DNA from: a candidate division WWE3 bacterium
Lineage (GTDB): Bacteria; Patescibacteriota; WWE3; UBA101185; UBA10185
Assembly (NCBI GenBank): GCA_014729135.1
Contig: WJKK01000001.1
Coordinates: 730,919 to 794,918 of the forward strand
Reading direction: 5' to 3'
Length of the DNA: 64,000 nucleotides
In this document: piece by piece, positions 29,352-39,626 of the stretch
Numbering within the stretch: position 1 is the first letter of the stretch
Layout: each line of letters opens with the position of its first letter
Notes under the pieces: model-generated
Told to the model about the DNA's origin: nothing
Database searches by the model: none
The model's input: only the letters and a program-made list of their open reading frames with translations
Translations under genes and position numbers: made by a program

Positions 29352-30410
29352 TTACTTTAGCAAGCGCCTAACCTGATCCGGCTTATTTGTAAAGCGCAGC
29401 GCTTTATCGGGATCAACTAATCCTTGCTCTATTAAGGTAGCCAAGCTTCTTTCGAGGGAGGTCATGCCTACATTGGAGCTTGTATGGATTACGTTGTCAA
29501 TTTGCTCAAATTTACCTTCACGAATTAGGTTACGAACTGCAGAAGAACCCAGCAAAATTTCAGTAGCCGGGTAAATTTCACCGGATTTAGTAGGCACTAA
29601 GCGCAACGAAACCACAGCTTCTATAATGGCTGCAAACTGAGACTGGATCCCTCCATGTTTATCCTGAGGGAACACGTTAATTATTCGCTCAACTGTTTGA
29701 GAGGCCGAATTCGTATGCAGCGTGGCAAAAACCAGGTGACCTGTTTCCGCAATCCGCAAAGCTGCCGAAACCGTTTCGCGGTCACGCATCTCTCCAATAA
29801 AAACGACGTTAGGATCCTGACGCAAAACTGACTTTAAAGCATTATCCCAAGAAGCTGTATCCACAAAAAGCTCCCGCTGCTCCACTAAAGACTGCTTGTT
29901 ATTAAAAATGTACTCAATGGGATCCTCCAAAGTAATAATATGCTCGGCACGATTTTCGTTAATTTTGTCAATAATTGCAGCTATTGTAGTAGACTTTCCA
30001 TGACCTGCGGGACCTACCACTAAAATCATCCCTTGCTTTAATTCTGCAAGCTGGGAAATGCTTGGCGGAAGATTTAACTCCTCTAAGGAAGGAACTACAT
30101 TAGGAATGTAACGCATTGCAACGGAGGGGTAGCCCTTTTGATAAAAGGCGTTAACTCTAAAACGGGCTTTCTTCCCTAAAGCCACCGAAAAATCAAGCTC
30201 TTTGCTAACCTCCAAAATATCCAACTGATCTTGATCCAAAACTTGCGCCAAAAAGGCGTTAACGTCCTCTATGGTTAGCTGCGAATAACCCGGAAGCTTT
30301 TGCAATTGGCGATTCACACGCACCGTGGGCTCTGACCCAACAACAATATGAAGGTCCGAAGCCTCCACGTTTACAACTTCATCTAAAATCTTTGATGCAT
30401 TAAAACTCAT
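29352..30410 (-). CDS. pilT: Pilus retraction ATPase PilT
   Basis: GPAGHGKSTT, LRQDPNV, GEMRD, AETGHLVFATLH. Confidence 0.95.
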   Translation of the reverse strand: MSFNASKILDEVVNVEASDLHIVVGSEPTVRVNRQLQKLPGYSQLTIEDVNAFLAQVLDQDQLDILEVSKELDFSVALGKKARFRVNAFYQKGYPSVAMRYIPNVVPSLEELNLPPSISQLAELKQGMILVVGPAGHGKSTTIAAIIDKINENRAEHIITLEDPIEYIFNNKQSLVEQRELFVDTASWDNALKSVLRQDPNVVFIGEMRDRETVSAALRIAETGHLVFATLHTNSASQTVERIINVFPQDKHGGIQSQFAAIIEAVVSLRLVPTKSGEIYPATEILLGSSAVRNLIREGKFEQIDNVIHTSSNVGMTSLERSLATLIEQGLVDPDKALRFTNKPDQVRRLLK

Positions 30411-30419
30411 ATTATTTTG

Positions 30420-32192
30420 CTATTTTGCTACTCGCATTACCTCCTCGAGAGTGGTGGTACCCTCTAAAACTCTTAAAACACCGTCTTGCTGCAAACTAAG
30501 CATTCCCTCTGCCTGCGCCTGCTGATGCAACTTTCCGGCGGAGGCGTGGTCTAAAACAAGCTCCGACAAGGCCTCACTCATCGACAAAACCTCAAAAATT
30601 CCAACTCGCCCGGAATAGCCCGTGCCATTACACTCGTCGCAACCCTTACCTCGATATAACTTAATATCATTATTACGCAACTTTTTTAATGATTCAATTA
30701 ATTGCTTATCTTTTGACTGCGAAAGGAGTTTTGACTCTTCCATACCATGCATAATACCTTTAATCTGCTGCTTTACTTCCTCGGGAGGATCTATTTCAGT
30801 TTTACAAACGGGGCAAATTCTACGAACAAGGCGCTGAGCAACAATGGCGTTTACTGTGGACACCAGTAGGTAGTCCTCAATGTCCATGTCAAGCAACCGT
30901 GGAAGCGCACCTGCGGAGGAGTTGGTGTGCAGCGTTGCCAGTACCATGTGACCTGTTAGTGCAGCATGAATTGCCAGTTCCGCAGTTTCACCGTCGCGAA
31001 TCTCACCGACCATGATGACGTTAGGGTCCTGACGAAGGAAGGCGCGAAGGCCGTTTGCAAATGTAAGCCCGGCTTGCGGATTCACCTGCACCTGATTAAC
31101 TCCCGGTATTCTAATTTCTACCGGATCCTCCAGCGTCATGATGTTAACACGCACTGTGTTTAGCTTGTTAAGCGCGGCTGCCAGCGTTACGGTTTTACCG
31201 GAGCTTGTGGGGCCTGTTACCAGAAGCATTCCTGTGGGTTTCAAGATAGCTTCTTCTACACGCTTTAATGAAAGCCCGCGCAATCCCAAATCCTTAAAGG
31301 AGTGAACAGAGCCCTCATCCTGCAAAAGTCGAATAACAACTTTTTCCCCGTTTACTGTAGGCAAAGTGGAAACACGCAAGTCCGTGGCCGTATCACCTAC
31401 TTGAACTTTAAAACGGCCGTCTAAAGGTTTGCGCTTTTCATCCAGCTTCATGTTGGCTAAAATCTTTATGCGAGCAACTACCGGATCATGCATCTGCTTA
31501 GGAAGCGTGCGCTTTTCCTCAAGAACACCATCAATTCGGTAACGCAATCTGGTGCTATCCTCATGCGGTTCAATGTGAATGTCGGAGGCTCCTGTTTTTA
31601 CAGCGGTCTCTAAAATCATGCCCACAATCCTTGCAATAGGAGCATCCCGAAGTGTTGCTGTAGATATCTCCTCGCTGGTTTCATCCAGTTTTAAAGTAGT
31701 TTGATTGATTTCCTCAAGGGCAGCGCTTATTTCCTCGCCAATGGCCCTCCCTTGTAAGTCGCCTAAAACATGAGAAATCTCCCCAGGAGTTGTTATGAAA
31801 GGCTTAACATGAACGTTCTCCTTTTTTTCTATGAACTCTATTGTGGGAAGATCCAGGGGATCCACCATTGCCAGTGAGAGCTTATTTTTTTCTTTGTCAT
31901 ACTCAAAGGGAATGACTTGCTGATTTTTTGCAAGGTCAATGGTTACGTAGTCCATTAGGGAAGGGTCTATTTCCTTGTCACGAAGCGATACAAAAGGAAT
32001 GCCGTAGGATTCACCGTAAGCTTTAATGAAGTCTAGTTCTGAAACGTAGTTGTGCTCTTTAATTATTTGGGTAACGGGTTTTCCGGTGTTAATGTTTTCA
32101 AATTTTATAGCCGAAAGTTGATCGTCGGTGATGAGTTCTTTATCGTGAAGGATGTCTTCAATTGATTTTGTGTCGGTTAGTTGAGTAGGCAT
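30420..32192 (-). CDS. pilB: Pilus extension ATPase PilB (GspE family)
   Basis: GPTSSGKT, LRQDP, GEIRD, tetra-Cys Zn motif. Confidence 0.95.
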   Translation of the reverse strand: MPTQLTDTKSIEDILHDKELITDDQLSAIKFENINTGKPVTQIIKEHNYVSELDFIKAYGESYGIPFVSLRDKEIDPSLMDYVTIDLAKNQQVIPFEYDKEKNKLSLAMVDPLDLPTIEFIEKKENVHVKPFITTPGEISHVLGDLQGRAIGEEISAALEEINQTTLKLDETSEEISTATLRDAPIARIVGMILETAVKTGASDIHIEPHEDSTRLRYRIDGVLEEKRTLPKQMHDPVVARIKILANMKLDEKRKPLDGRFKVQVGDTATDLRVSTLPTVNGEKVVIRLLQDEGSVHSFKDLGLRGLSLKRVEEAILKPTGMLLVTGPTSSGKTVTLAAALNKLNTVRVNIMTLEDPVEIRIPGVNQVQVNPQAGLTFANGLRAFLRQDPNVIMVGEIRDGETAELAIHAALTGHMVLATLHTNSSAGALPRLLDMDIEDYLLVSTVNAIVAQRLVRRICPVCKTEIDPPEEVKQQIKGIMHGMEESKLLSQSKDKQLIESLKKLRNNDIKLYRGKGCDECNGTGYSGRVGIFEVLSMSEALSELVLDHASAGKLHQQAQAEGMLSLQQDGVLRVLEGTTTLEEVMRVAK

Positions 32193-32310
32193 AGGCAGTT
32201 TGTGTTTTAGACTGAGTTAATGATAGCACACCCGAAAAGGAATAGGCTTCTTAGGTAAATGAGAGCGAAGCGATCATTTAGCTATGCTGGCCCTTAAATT
32301 GAGAGATAAC

Positions 32311-32340
32311 AAAAAAGCCCTCGTATAAACGAGAGCTTTT
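32311..32340 (-). terminator. Intrinsic terminator of the putative sRNA
   Basis: AAAAGCTCTCGT-TTAT-ACGAGGGCTTTT-TT; the U-G pair is only valid on the minus strand. Confidence 0.8.
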
Positions 32341-32390
32341 GTGCCTCTGCCCGAGCTTCTAAGAAGTTCGAGATTGGCGGACATTGAGAT
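32311..32390 (-). ncRNA. Putative ~80-nt small RNA complementary to the adjacent tRNA-like RNA
   Basis: Bounded by a near-consensus sigma70 promoter and a terminator; internal hairpin; 14-nt and 7-nt complementarity to 32477-32497. Confidence 0.6.
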
Positions 32391-32396
32391 GTGTTT

Positions 32397-32425
32397 ATTG
32401 TACAACCGGCATGCTAAGGTGTCAA
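32397..32425 (-). promoter_or_regulatory. Sigma70 promoter TTGACA-17-TACAAT
   Basis: -35 at 32425-32420, -10 at 32402-32397; predicted +1 about 32390. Confidence 0.8.
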
Positions 32426-32446
32426 GGAAAAAAGGAATTTAAAATG

Positions 32447-32518
32447 TGGTGGAGATGACGGGGATCGAACCCGCCCGGCAGAGTCTCAATGTCCACCTAT
32501 CCACCATGGATCATCCCC
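32447..32518 (-). ncRNA. 72-nt tRNA-like RNA resembling the tRNA-like domain of tmRNA, without an mRNA domain
   Basis: GGGGATG/CATCTCC acceptor with G3-U70, A73, encoded CCA; T arm GCGGG-TTCGATC-CCCGT; no canonical D stem; TAGTAT 6 nt upstream. Confidence 0.75.
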
Positions 32519-32682
32519 ACACACATACTATTTATAACAAAATGCATTAGGCAATAAAAGAGGGAATATTCTAGTTAGAATAGCCAAAAACCGACAGAAA
32601 CCACTGGCAAGCAATGCAGATCTCCAGTTAAATAGAACATACCTCAAAACAGCTTCCTCAATAGATCTGCTAATATCTAAAT

Positions 32683-33390
32683 GTGACACAAAAAAGCAAC
32701 TCAAAAAGTCCAACTCAAATCCTAAAAGGTACAATTTTAATTCATGGAGGAAGCGCCGCCTCCAGAGAAAAAGGGATCACTAAAATCTTAAAAAACGCTC
32801 AAGTAGACACCTCCCAAATAAAAAACAATCCCGATATTAAAATTCTTAAAAATAAAAAGGGTAAAAAAAGCATTGGAATAGGGCAGGTAAGGCAGGCTAT
32901 AAAATTTTTAAGTCAAAAGCCTTACATGTCACGGCGCAAGTTTGTAATTGTTAAAAATGCACATTTTCTAACACGGCAGGCACAAAACTCCTTTTTAAAA
33001 ACGCTGGAAGAACCTCCACAATATGCCACGCTCATTTTGGAGACTGCTAATAAAAAGGAGCTTTTGGATACCATTCTTTCGCGCTGTCAACAAATTAAGA
33101 TTGCTCCGGCAGCAAGAGAAGTAGAGCAGGCGCAAGCTTTGCCAAAAATTAAGCGTCTCTCTTTGGGTAAAAAAATGGAGTTAGCGGAGAAATTGGCAAA
33201 AAAATCTCATACGGAGGTGGCTTCGCTTTTGGAAAGGTGGATTGAGAGTGAACGTGCTTTGTTGAGGGAGTCATCGCAAGAGGATGTTATAAAAAATCTT
33301 AAGGTTTTAGAGCAGGTCCGCCAGGATTTAACAAGTACTAATGTGAACTTGCAGTTAGCCCTGGAATTTTTGCTTTTGAAGTTAAAATAG
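32683..33390 (+). CDS. holB: DNA polymerase III delta-prime-like subunit (short)
   Basis: SIGIGQVR, AQNSFLKTLEEPP, TILSRCQ. Confidence 0.8.
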   Translation: MTQKSNSKSPTQILKGTILIHGGSAASREKGITKILKNAQVDTSQIKNNPDIKILKNKKGKKSIGIGQVRQAIKFLSQKPYMSRRKFVIVKNAHFLTRQAQNSFLKTLEEPPQYATLILETANKKELLDTILSRCQQIKIAPAAREVEQAQALPKIKRLSLGKKMELAEKLAKKSHTEVASLLERWIESERALLRESSQEDVIKNLKVLEQVRQDLTSTNVNLQLALEFLLLKLK

Positions 33391-33539
33391 CCTTCATTTA
33401 CCTTTATCCTCCTAATAAATTATATAGCTACTTAAACCACGTATCGCATTTTTTATCAAAGTTAACTGGATTTTTCTCCTTAATTTGCTAATATGCTCTT
33501 TAAGGAGAAAACCTTTCGCAATCAACCAAGGAGGAAAGG

Positions 33540-33719
33540 ATGGCGATAGCGACCATAGTCAAAGTAGGCGAGGAATACGTAACAGTTTCCTTCGGCCTAT
33601 CTGAAATTAAGGACATGGAGATAAGAAAAAGTGACCTCACAGGAAAACCCCCTAAAAAAGGGAAACGCGTCGACATTCAGTTTGGAGGTATAACTATTAA
33701 AGAAGCAAAAGTTTTATAA
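33540..33719 (+). CDS. Small hypothetical beta-rich protein, 59 aa
   Basis: Missing from the ORF track. SD AAGGAGG; MAIATIVKVGEEYVTVSFG...KEAKVL; followed by a hairpin. Confidence 0.65.
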   Translation: MAIATIVKVGEEYVTVSFGLSEIKDMEIRKSDLTGKPPKKGKRVDIQFGGITIKEAKVL

Positions 33720-33738
33720 AAAACCGCCAAAAGGAAAG

Positions 33739-33787
33739 TACCGGTAGCAGGTTTGTGAGCGATTTAATCGCAAATCTGCTGCCGGTA
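33739..33787 (+). terminator. Long stem-loop
   Basis: TACCGGTAGCAGGTTTG...CAAATCTGCTGCCGGTA. Confidence 0.55.
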
Positions 33788-34011
33788 CCAAAAACTCCTC
33801 TAAATTACTCCATTTTTATTGAAAAACTCGAAACAACTGCCAACACACCACTCCGTAAAACAACCAAACTCGCTAAAAACACACAACTAAACCACTTTAA
33901 AACAACCCCTCCCAAATTTTTCAAGGAAAAACAACCAAAAAGTTGAAATGGTATGTTTTATCCCTTAGAATACAAAAGTCGTAGGAGGAGTGCTTTAAAA
34001 AACAAATAAAC

Positions 34012-35997
34012 ATGCCAAAAAACAACAAACCCAAAAACCTAGGAGACTACAGCGCAGATCAAATCCAAGTACTGGAAGGCTTAGACCCCGTACGCAAACG
34101 CCCCGGAATGTACATCGGCTCAACAGGCCAATCCGGACTCCACCACCTGGTAACCGAAATCGTCAACAACTCCATGGATGAGGCCATTGCCGGATATGCC
34201 GACCACATCAAAGTCGAATTCTTTAAAAACGGATCCGTTGCAGTTTACGACAACGGAAGGGGAGTGCCCTACGAAATAAAAGAAGCCTATGGAGTTTCAG
34301 CTTTAGAACTAGCTTTCACCAAACTTCACGCGGGAGGTAAATTCGGGGGAGGGGGCTACAAAGTCTCCAGTGGATTGCACGGCGTAGGATCCTCCGTAGT
34401 AAACGCCCTATCCGACTGGATGCGCGTTGTAGTTAAGCGCAACGAAGAAACCGTATTGCAAGAATACAAAGACGGGGGAGAACCAACAAATCCTTTACAT
34501 GAATGGGACCCTAAAAATCCTACAGAACTTGACAAAAAAACGTGGGATATAGCCCCGGAAAAATGGGACTACGAATCAGGAACCATTGTCCACTTTAAGC
34601 CCAGCGATAAAACCTTTGAAACCACAGACTTTAAGTACGACTTTTTTATAGACCAAATTAGAGAATACGCCTACCTAACAGCCGGAATAAAATTTGAACT
34701 TATAGATCATCGCGATGATAAACAGTATGCCTTTTACTTTGAAGATGGTATTAAAGCCTTTTTAAAATCACTAAATCGAAATAAAAAAATTATAAACGAT
34801 GACATTTTTTATGTTCACGACGAAGAAGACGATGTAGAAGTGGAAATAGCTTTGCAATACAACAACTCCTATGCTGAAAACGTTTTAACTTTTGCAAACC
34901 ACATAAAAACAAACGAAGGAGGGACCCACCTAACCGGCTTTAGATCTGCCTTAACTAGGACAATTAACGGCTATGCTCGTGAGAAAGAGCTTCTAAAAGA
35001 AAAAGACCCCAATTTATCCTCAAACGACCTGCGAGAAGGTTTAACGGCAATTGTTTCCGTTAAGTTGAATTCTGATGAATTGCAATTTGAAGGCCAAACT
35101 AAGGGGAAGCTAGGCAACTCCAATGTTAGAGGAGTTGTGGAAAGTATTATGCGCAAGGGGTTGGAAACGTATTTGGAAGAGCATCCTTCTGAAGCTGAAA
35201 AGATTATTAAGAAGAATGTTTTAGCTTTGCGTGCAAGAATAGCTGCAAAAGCTGCTCGCCAGACGGTTTTGCGAAAGAGCGTTTTGGAGGGTGGGGGAGT
35301 GCTACCCGGAAAATTAACCGACTGCCGAACTAAGAAACCTGAAAAAGCAGAGCTGTTCATTGTCGAGGGTGATTCCGCGGGAGGTCCGGCTAAACAAGGA
35401 CGCGATCGAGAGTATCAAGCAGTTTTGGCATTGTTTGGTAAGGTTTTAAACACGGAGCGTGCACGTTTAAGCCGAATTGTTTCCTCGGTTAAGTTTAAAG
35501 ACCTGATTATTGCTATTGGCGCAGGGATTGGGGAGCATTACGACCCTGAAAGCCTTAGGTACCACAAGCTAATCATCATGGCAGACGCCGACTCCGATGG
35601 AATGCACATTATGACGCTCTACCTGACCTTTTTCTATCGCCATATGAAAGAGTTGGTGGATAACGGCCATGTTTATGTAGCTGTGCCCCCTCTATTTAAA
35701 GCCACGTGGGGAAAGAATAAGAAATATCTTTTTGACAAGGAGGAGCGGGATGCTTTTGTGAAGACTCCGGAAGGAAAGAAGGCTATTATTCAGCGGTTTA
35801 AAGGTTTGGGAGAGATGAATGCGCAGGAGTTGTGGGAGACTACAATGAATCCTGAAACTCGACGGCTAAAGCAAATGACCGTGGAGGATGCTGCTAAAGC
35901 GGATGAGGTGTTTACAACGTTGATGGGTAGGCGAGTCCCTCCAAGGAAGCGCTTTATTCAGACGCATGCTAAGCAGGCTAATATTGATATTACTTAA
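34012..35997 (+). CDS. gyrB: DNA gyrase subunit B
   Basis: VRKRPGMYIG, GLHGVG, VEGDSAGG, DADSDG, QRFKGLGEMN. Confidence 0.97.
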   Translation: MPKNNKPKNLGDYSADQIQVLEGLDPVRKRPGMYIGSTGQSGLHHLVTEIVNNSMDEAIAGYADHIKVEFFKNGSVAVYDNGRGVPYEIKEAYGVSALELAFTKLHAGGKFGGGGYKVSSGLHGVGSSVVNALSDWMRVVVKRNEETVLQEYKDGGEPTNPLHEWDPKNPTELDKKTWDIAPEKWDYESGTIVHFKPSDKTFETTDFKYDFFIDQIREYAYLTAGIKFELIDHRDDKQYAFYFEDGIKAFLKSLNRNKKIINDDIFYVHDEEDDVEVEIALQYNNSYAENVLTFANHIKTNEGGTHLTGFRSALTRTINGYAREKELLKEKDPNLSSNDLREGLTAIVSVKLNSDELQFEGQTKGKLGNSNVRGVVESIMRKGLETYLEEHPSEAEKIIKKNVLALRARIAAKAARQTVLRKSVLEGGGVLPGKLTDCRTKKPEKAELFIVEGDSAGGPAKQGRDREYQAVLALFGKVLNTERARLSRIVSSVKFKDLIIAIGAGIGEHYDPESLRYHKLIIMADADSDGMHIMTLYLTFFYRHMKELVDNGHVYVAVPPLFKATWGKNKKYLFDKEERDAFVKTPEGKKAIIQRFKGLGEMNAQELWETTMNPETRRLKQMTVEDAAKADEVFTTLMGRRVPPRKRFIQTHAKQANIDIT

Positions 35998-36024
35998 GGT
36001 AGAATAGGAAATCGAAAGGACTTT

Positions 36025-36969
36025 ATGATGAAAATTTACATAACAGGACACAAATCACCGGATTTAGATAGTGTAGTTGCAGCAATTGCTTATACGGAAC
36101 TTTTGAAAAAAACGGACAAATATTCCAAGGCAGATCTAATTCCAACAATTCCCGGGGAAATTAATAAGGAAACAGAATTTGTTCTAGATAAATTTGAAGT
36201 AAAAATGCCTGACTCTCTGGATAAGTTAGATATAGAACCTGAAGCAGCGTTTATCCTGGTCGATCATAACGAAGAATCCCAAAGACATGAAGAAACAGAA
36301 GGGCACACAGTGCTGGAAATCATAGACCACCATAAAGTAAATCTAAATTTTGCTTCACCCCTGCAAATAAATATAAAGCCTTTAGGATCAACCTCCTCAA
36401 TAATTTATCAACTCTTTAAACGAGAGGGAATCAACCCCTCTAAAAAAGTAAAAGAACTACTTTTGAGTGCTATTTTATCTGACACACAGGGACTTAAATC
36501 AAGCACTACAACCGGAATAGACTCGGAAATTGCACATGAATTGGCTGACGATCTGAAAATGGAGCTTGATAAGCTTACATTTGAAATCTTTAGGGCTAAA
36601 TCGGATATTACAGGGCTCTCGGCACAGGAAATTACTAAAAAAGACTATAAAACTTTCCAGTTTGGCGAGCATGAAGTATTCATTAATCAAATTGAAACGG
36701 TAGAACCCGAGAAGGTTCTTGATATGAAAGAAAACCTTATCAAGGAACTAGAAGAAGTGAAAACGGAGCTGGGCTTGAGTACGGGATATATTGTTATAAC
36801 GGACATTCTGGAAGTTAACTCTCACGTTATTTACAGTAATGAAACTGAAAAAGAAATTTTGGAAGAGGCCTTTACAGCAGAAGGAAAAGATGGAATAGCT
36901 GATATAGGACCTCGTATGAGTCGTAAAAAGGACATTGCACCTGCAATAGAAAAAGTTCTTACACAATAA
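36025..36969 (+). CDS. ppaC: Mn-dependent inorganic pyrophosphatase (family II)
   Basis: [25 protein letters not shown]. Confidence 0.95.
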   Translation: MMKIYITGHKSPDLDSVVAAIAYTELLKKTDKYSKADLIPTIPGEINKETEFVLDKFEVKMPDSLDKLDIEPEAAFILVDHNEESQRHEETEGHTVLEIIDHHKVNLNFASPLQINIKPLGSTSSIIYQLFKREGINPSKKVKELLLSAILSDTQGLKSSTTTGIDSEIAHELADDLKMELDKLTFEIFRAKSDITGLSAQEITKKDYKTFQFGEHEVFINQIETVEPEKVLDMKENLIKELEEVKTELGLSTGYIVITDILEVNSHVIYSNETEKEILEEAFTAEGKDGIADIGPRMSRKKDIAPAIEKVLTQ

Positions 36970-36971
36970 AC

Positions 36972-39560
36972 ATGACAGATAATAAAGAAACAGAAAAAAA
37001 CATAGAGTCAAAAGAAGCCGGGGCCGGAAGCGGGAACGAGAATGAAACAGAAAACCCACGCATCATAAAAGCCAGCATCTCAGAAGAAATGAAAAAAGGC
37101 TTCCTAGACTACGCCATGAGCGTCATCGTCTCCCGCGCATTACCCGACGTTCGCGACGGTCTAAAACCCGTACATCGACGAATCATCTACGCCATGCAAG
37201 ACCAAAACATCACCGCTGACGGCAAATTCCAAAAGAGTGCCGCCGTAGTTGGAGAAGTCATGAAAAAGTACCATCCACATGGAGACACCGCCATTTACGA
37301 CTCCCTTGTAAGAATGGCCCAAGACTTCTCACTAAGATACCCTCTTGTAATCCCTCAAGGTAACTTTGGAAGCATTGACGGGGATCCTCCTGCTGCTATG
37401 CGATACACCGAATGTAAAATGGACAAAATTGCAGAAGACCTCTATGCCGACATCGACAAGGACACAGTTCCCTTTGTCATAAACGACTTGCAAAACGAAG
37501 AGCCCGAATTTTTACCTTCAAGACTTCCAAACATGTTACTAAACGGAGCCTCCGGAATCGCCGTTGGAATGGCCACAAACATCCCTCCCCATAACCTGGG
37601 AGAAGTTATTGACGGCTTACTCCACTTAATAGAAAACGCCGACGAAATAGGAGAAGCTCCCGCAAAAGACGCTGAAAAACAAATTTCAAAAACAGACTTT
37701 TCATCAACAGCTACAGTAGAAGACTTGATGGAATTTATAAAAGGACCCGACTTCCCAACGGGAGGAATAATTTATGACCGAAAAGAGATTATTAAGATGT
37801 ACGCCACAGGTAAAGGGCGCGTTGTAACCAGATCTAAAGTAAATATAGAACCTTTAGACCATGGAAAGGCTCAGATTGTAATCACAGAAATTCCTTATCA
37901 GGTTAACAAGGCCCGCCTTCTAGAAAAAATTGCAGAAAACGCCAAAAAAGACAAGATTCAAGGAATTACGGACTTGCGCGATGAATCCGATTTATCAGGA
38001 ATTCGCGTTGTAGTAGAAACCAAGCGCGGAGCCATTCCCAAAAAAGTTGAAAATCAGCTCTACAAGTACACTCCTTTACAAGACACGTTTAATACTAATA
38101 TGGTGGCGCTTCTTAACGGGGAGCCTAAACTTTTAACCTTGAAGACGGTTTTAGAGGAGTTTATTAAGCACCGTCAGATTATTGTTGTTAACCGCACTAT
38201 TTACCTTTTGAAGAGGGCAAAAGCACGAGAGCACATTTTGCGAGGTTTAAAAATTGCACTTGATAATCTGGACGCTGTTATTAAGCTGATTAGAGAAAGT
38301 CCTGATGTAGCTGCTGCTAAAGAAGGTCTTATGAAAAACTTTGATTTGTCTGATATCCAAGCGCAAGCAATTTTGGACATGCAGTTACGACGTTTGGCTG
38401 CTTTAGAACGGCAAAAAATTGAGGACGAGCTAGAGGAGATTTTGGCTACAATTGACGATTACGAAGATCTTTTGGCATCACCTCCACGAATTATCGACAC
38501 CGTTAAAAAAGAACTGATAGAGGTTAAGGAAAACTATGGCGATGAGCGTAGAACTAAGGTTATGAAAGGTAAGGCAGGTGAAATTTCTACGGAGGATATG
38601 GTGGCAAATGAGGATTGCATTATTACAATTTCGGAAGAAGGCTATGTGAAGCGCATGAAAAAGACGGCGTATCGTCGACAGGGGAGGGGAGGTAAGGGCG
38701 TTAAGGGCTCTGAGCTGAAAGATACGGATTCTATGGAAACTATTAGAGCTTGCCAAACACATGATTGGGCTTTGTTCTTTACTAATAAAGGCAAGGTTTA
38801 TAAGATGCGAATTTGGGAAATTCCTGAAACTAGTCGAACTTCTAAGGGTACAGCTTTGGTTAACTTTTTGGGGATTTCACAAGGTGAAGAAGTGCAGTCA
38901 TTTTTGACTATTGAACCGGAGGTAATGGACGGGGGAGAGGGTTACATTTTGTTTGCTACCGAAGAAGGCAAGGTTAAAAAAACAGAGTTAAAGGAGTATG
39001 AGAATATCCGTAGTTCAGGGATTATTGCGGTGGGCTTAACAGAAGGGGATTCGTTAGTGCGAGCTCAAATGACTTCAGGGACAGATCATGTTTTGTTGGC
39101 TACGGCTAAAGGGCAATCTATTCGCTTTGCTGAGGAGGAAGCCCGTCCTATGGGCAGAACTGCTAAGGGTGTAAATGGAATTAAGTTGAAGAAGAAGGAT
39201 GATAGTGTTGTGAGCATGATGGTGGTTCCGGAAGGCTCTGATGATTATGATTTGGTGGTGGTTTCTGAGAAGGGTTATGGTAAGAAGACTCCTTTGAGTG
39301 AGTATAGGGCGCAAAGTAGGGGAGGGTCAGGGTTGATTACGTATAATGTGGCGAGTAAAACGGGGGATTTGGTGGCTGCTCGTTTGGAGCCGGTGGAAAA
39401 GGAGGATAAACCAAGGGATGTTTTGTTGGCAACGGAGATGGGGAAGGTTATTAGAATCCCGGAGAAGCAGATTCCGGTGCTGTCGCGCAGTACTTTAGGG
39501 GTGCGCCTGATTAAGCTTGGTTCTAAAGATAGTGTGAGTTCTGTAGCGTTTTTAGACTAA
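36972..39560 (+). CDS. gyrA: DNA gyrase subunit A
   Basis: YHPHGD, AAMRYTE, GyrA box QGRGGKG. Confidence 0.97.
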   Translation: MTDNKETEKNIESKEAGAGSGNENETENPRIIKASISEEMKKGFLDYAMSVIVSRALPDVRDGLKPVHRRIIYAMQDQNITADGKFQKSAAVVGEVMKKYHPHGDTAIYDSLVRMAQDFSLRYPLVIPQGNFGSIDGDPPAAMRYTECKMDKIAEDLYADIDKDTVPFVINDLQNEEPEFLPSRLPNMLLNGASGIAVGMATNIPPHNLGEVIDGLLHLIENADEIGEAPAKDAEKQISKTDFSSTATVEDLMEFIKGPDFPTGGIIYDRKEIIKMYATGKGRVVTRSKVNIEPLDHGKAQIVITEIPYQVNKARLLEKIAENAKKDKIQGITDLRDESDLSGIRVVVETKRGAIPKKVENQLYKYTPLQDTFNTNMVALLNGEPKLLTLKTVLEEFIKHRQIIVVNRTIYLLKRAKAREHILRGLKIALDNLDAVIKLIRESPDVAAAKEGLMKNFDLSDIQAQAILDMQLRRLAALERQKIEDELEEILATIDDYEDLLASPPRIIDTVKKELIEVKENYGDERRTKVMKGKAGEISTEDMVANEDCIITISEEGYVKRMKKTAYRRQGRGGKGVKGSELKDTDSMETIRACQTHDWALFFTNKGKVYKMRIWEIPETSRTSKGTALVNFLGISQGEEVQSFLTIEPEVMDGGEGYILFATEEGKVKKTELKEYENIRSSGIIAVGLTEGDSLVRAQMTSGTDHVLLATAKGQSIRFAEEEARPMGRTAKGVNGIKLKKKDDSVVSMMVVPEGSDDYDLVVVSEKGYGKKTPLSEYRAQSRGGSGLITYNVASKTGDLVAARLEPVEKEDKPRDVLLATEMGKVIRIPEKQIPVLSRSTLGVRLIKLGSKDSVSSVAFLD

Positions 39561-39626
39561 TCAAATTGAAGCTTTTTAAAAGAATTTCTCCCGACAAAAT
39601 TTCTTCAGTAGTATAGTTAATTATAT

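Noticed and set aside
32273-32384. ORF MSANLELLRSSGRGTK... as a tmRNA tag or small protein
   Set aside because: It runs through the terminator and lacks an Ala-rich C-terminal degron. The AN start may be chance.
32447-32518. Ordinary tRNA-Ala or tRNA-Ser
   Set aside because: No U8 or canonical D arm, no Ala anticodon, no long variable arm for Ser, and the central loop is 9 nt.
36025-36969. ppaC inserted between gyrB and gyrA
   Set aside because: Simple gene-order shuffle; no mobile-element signatures.
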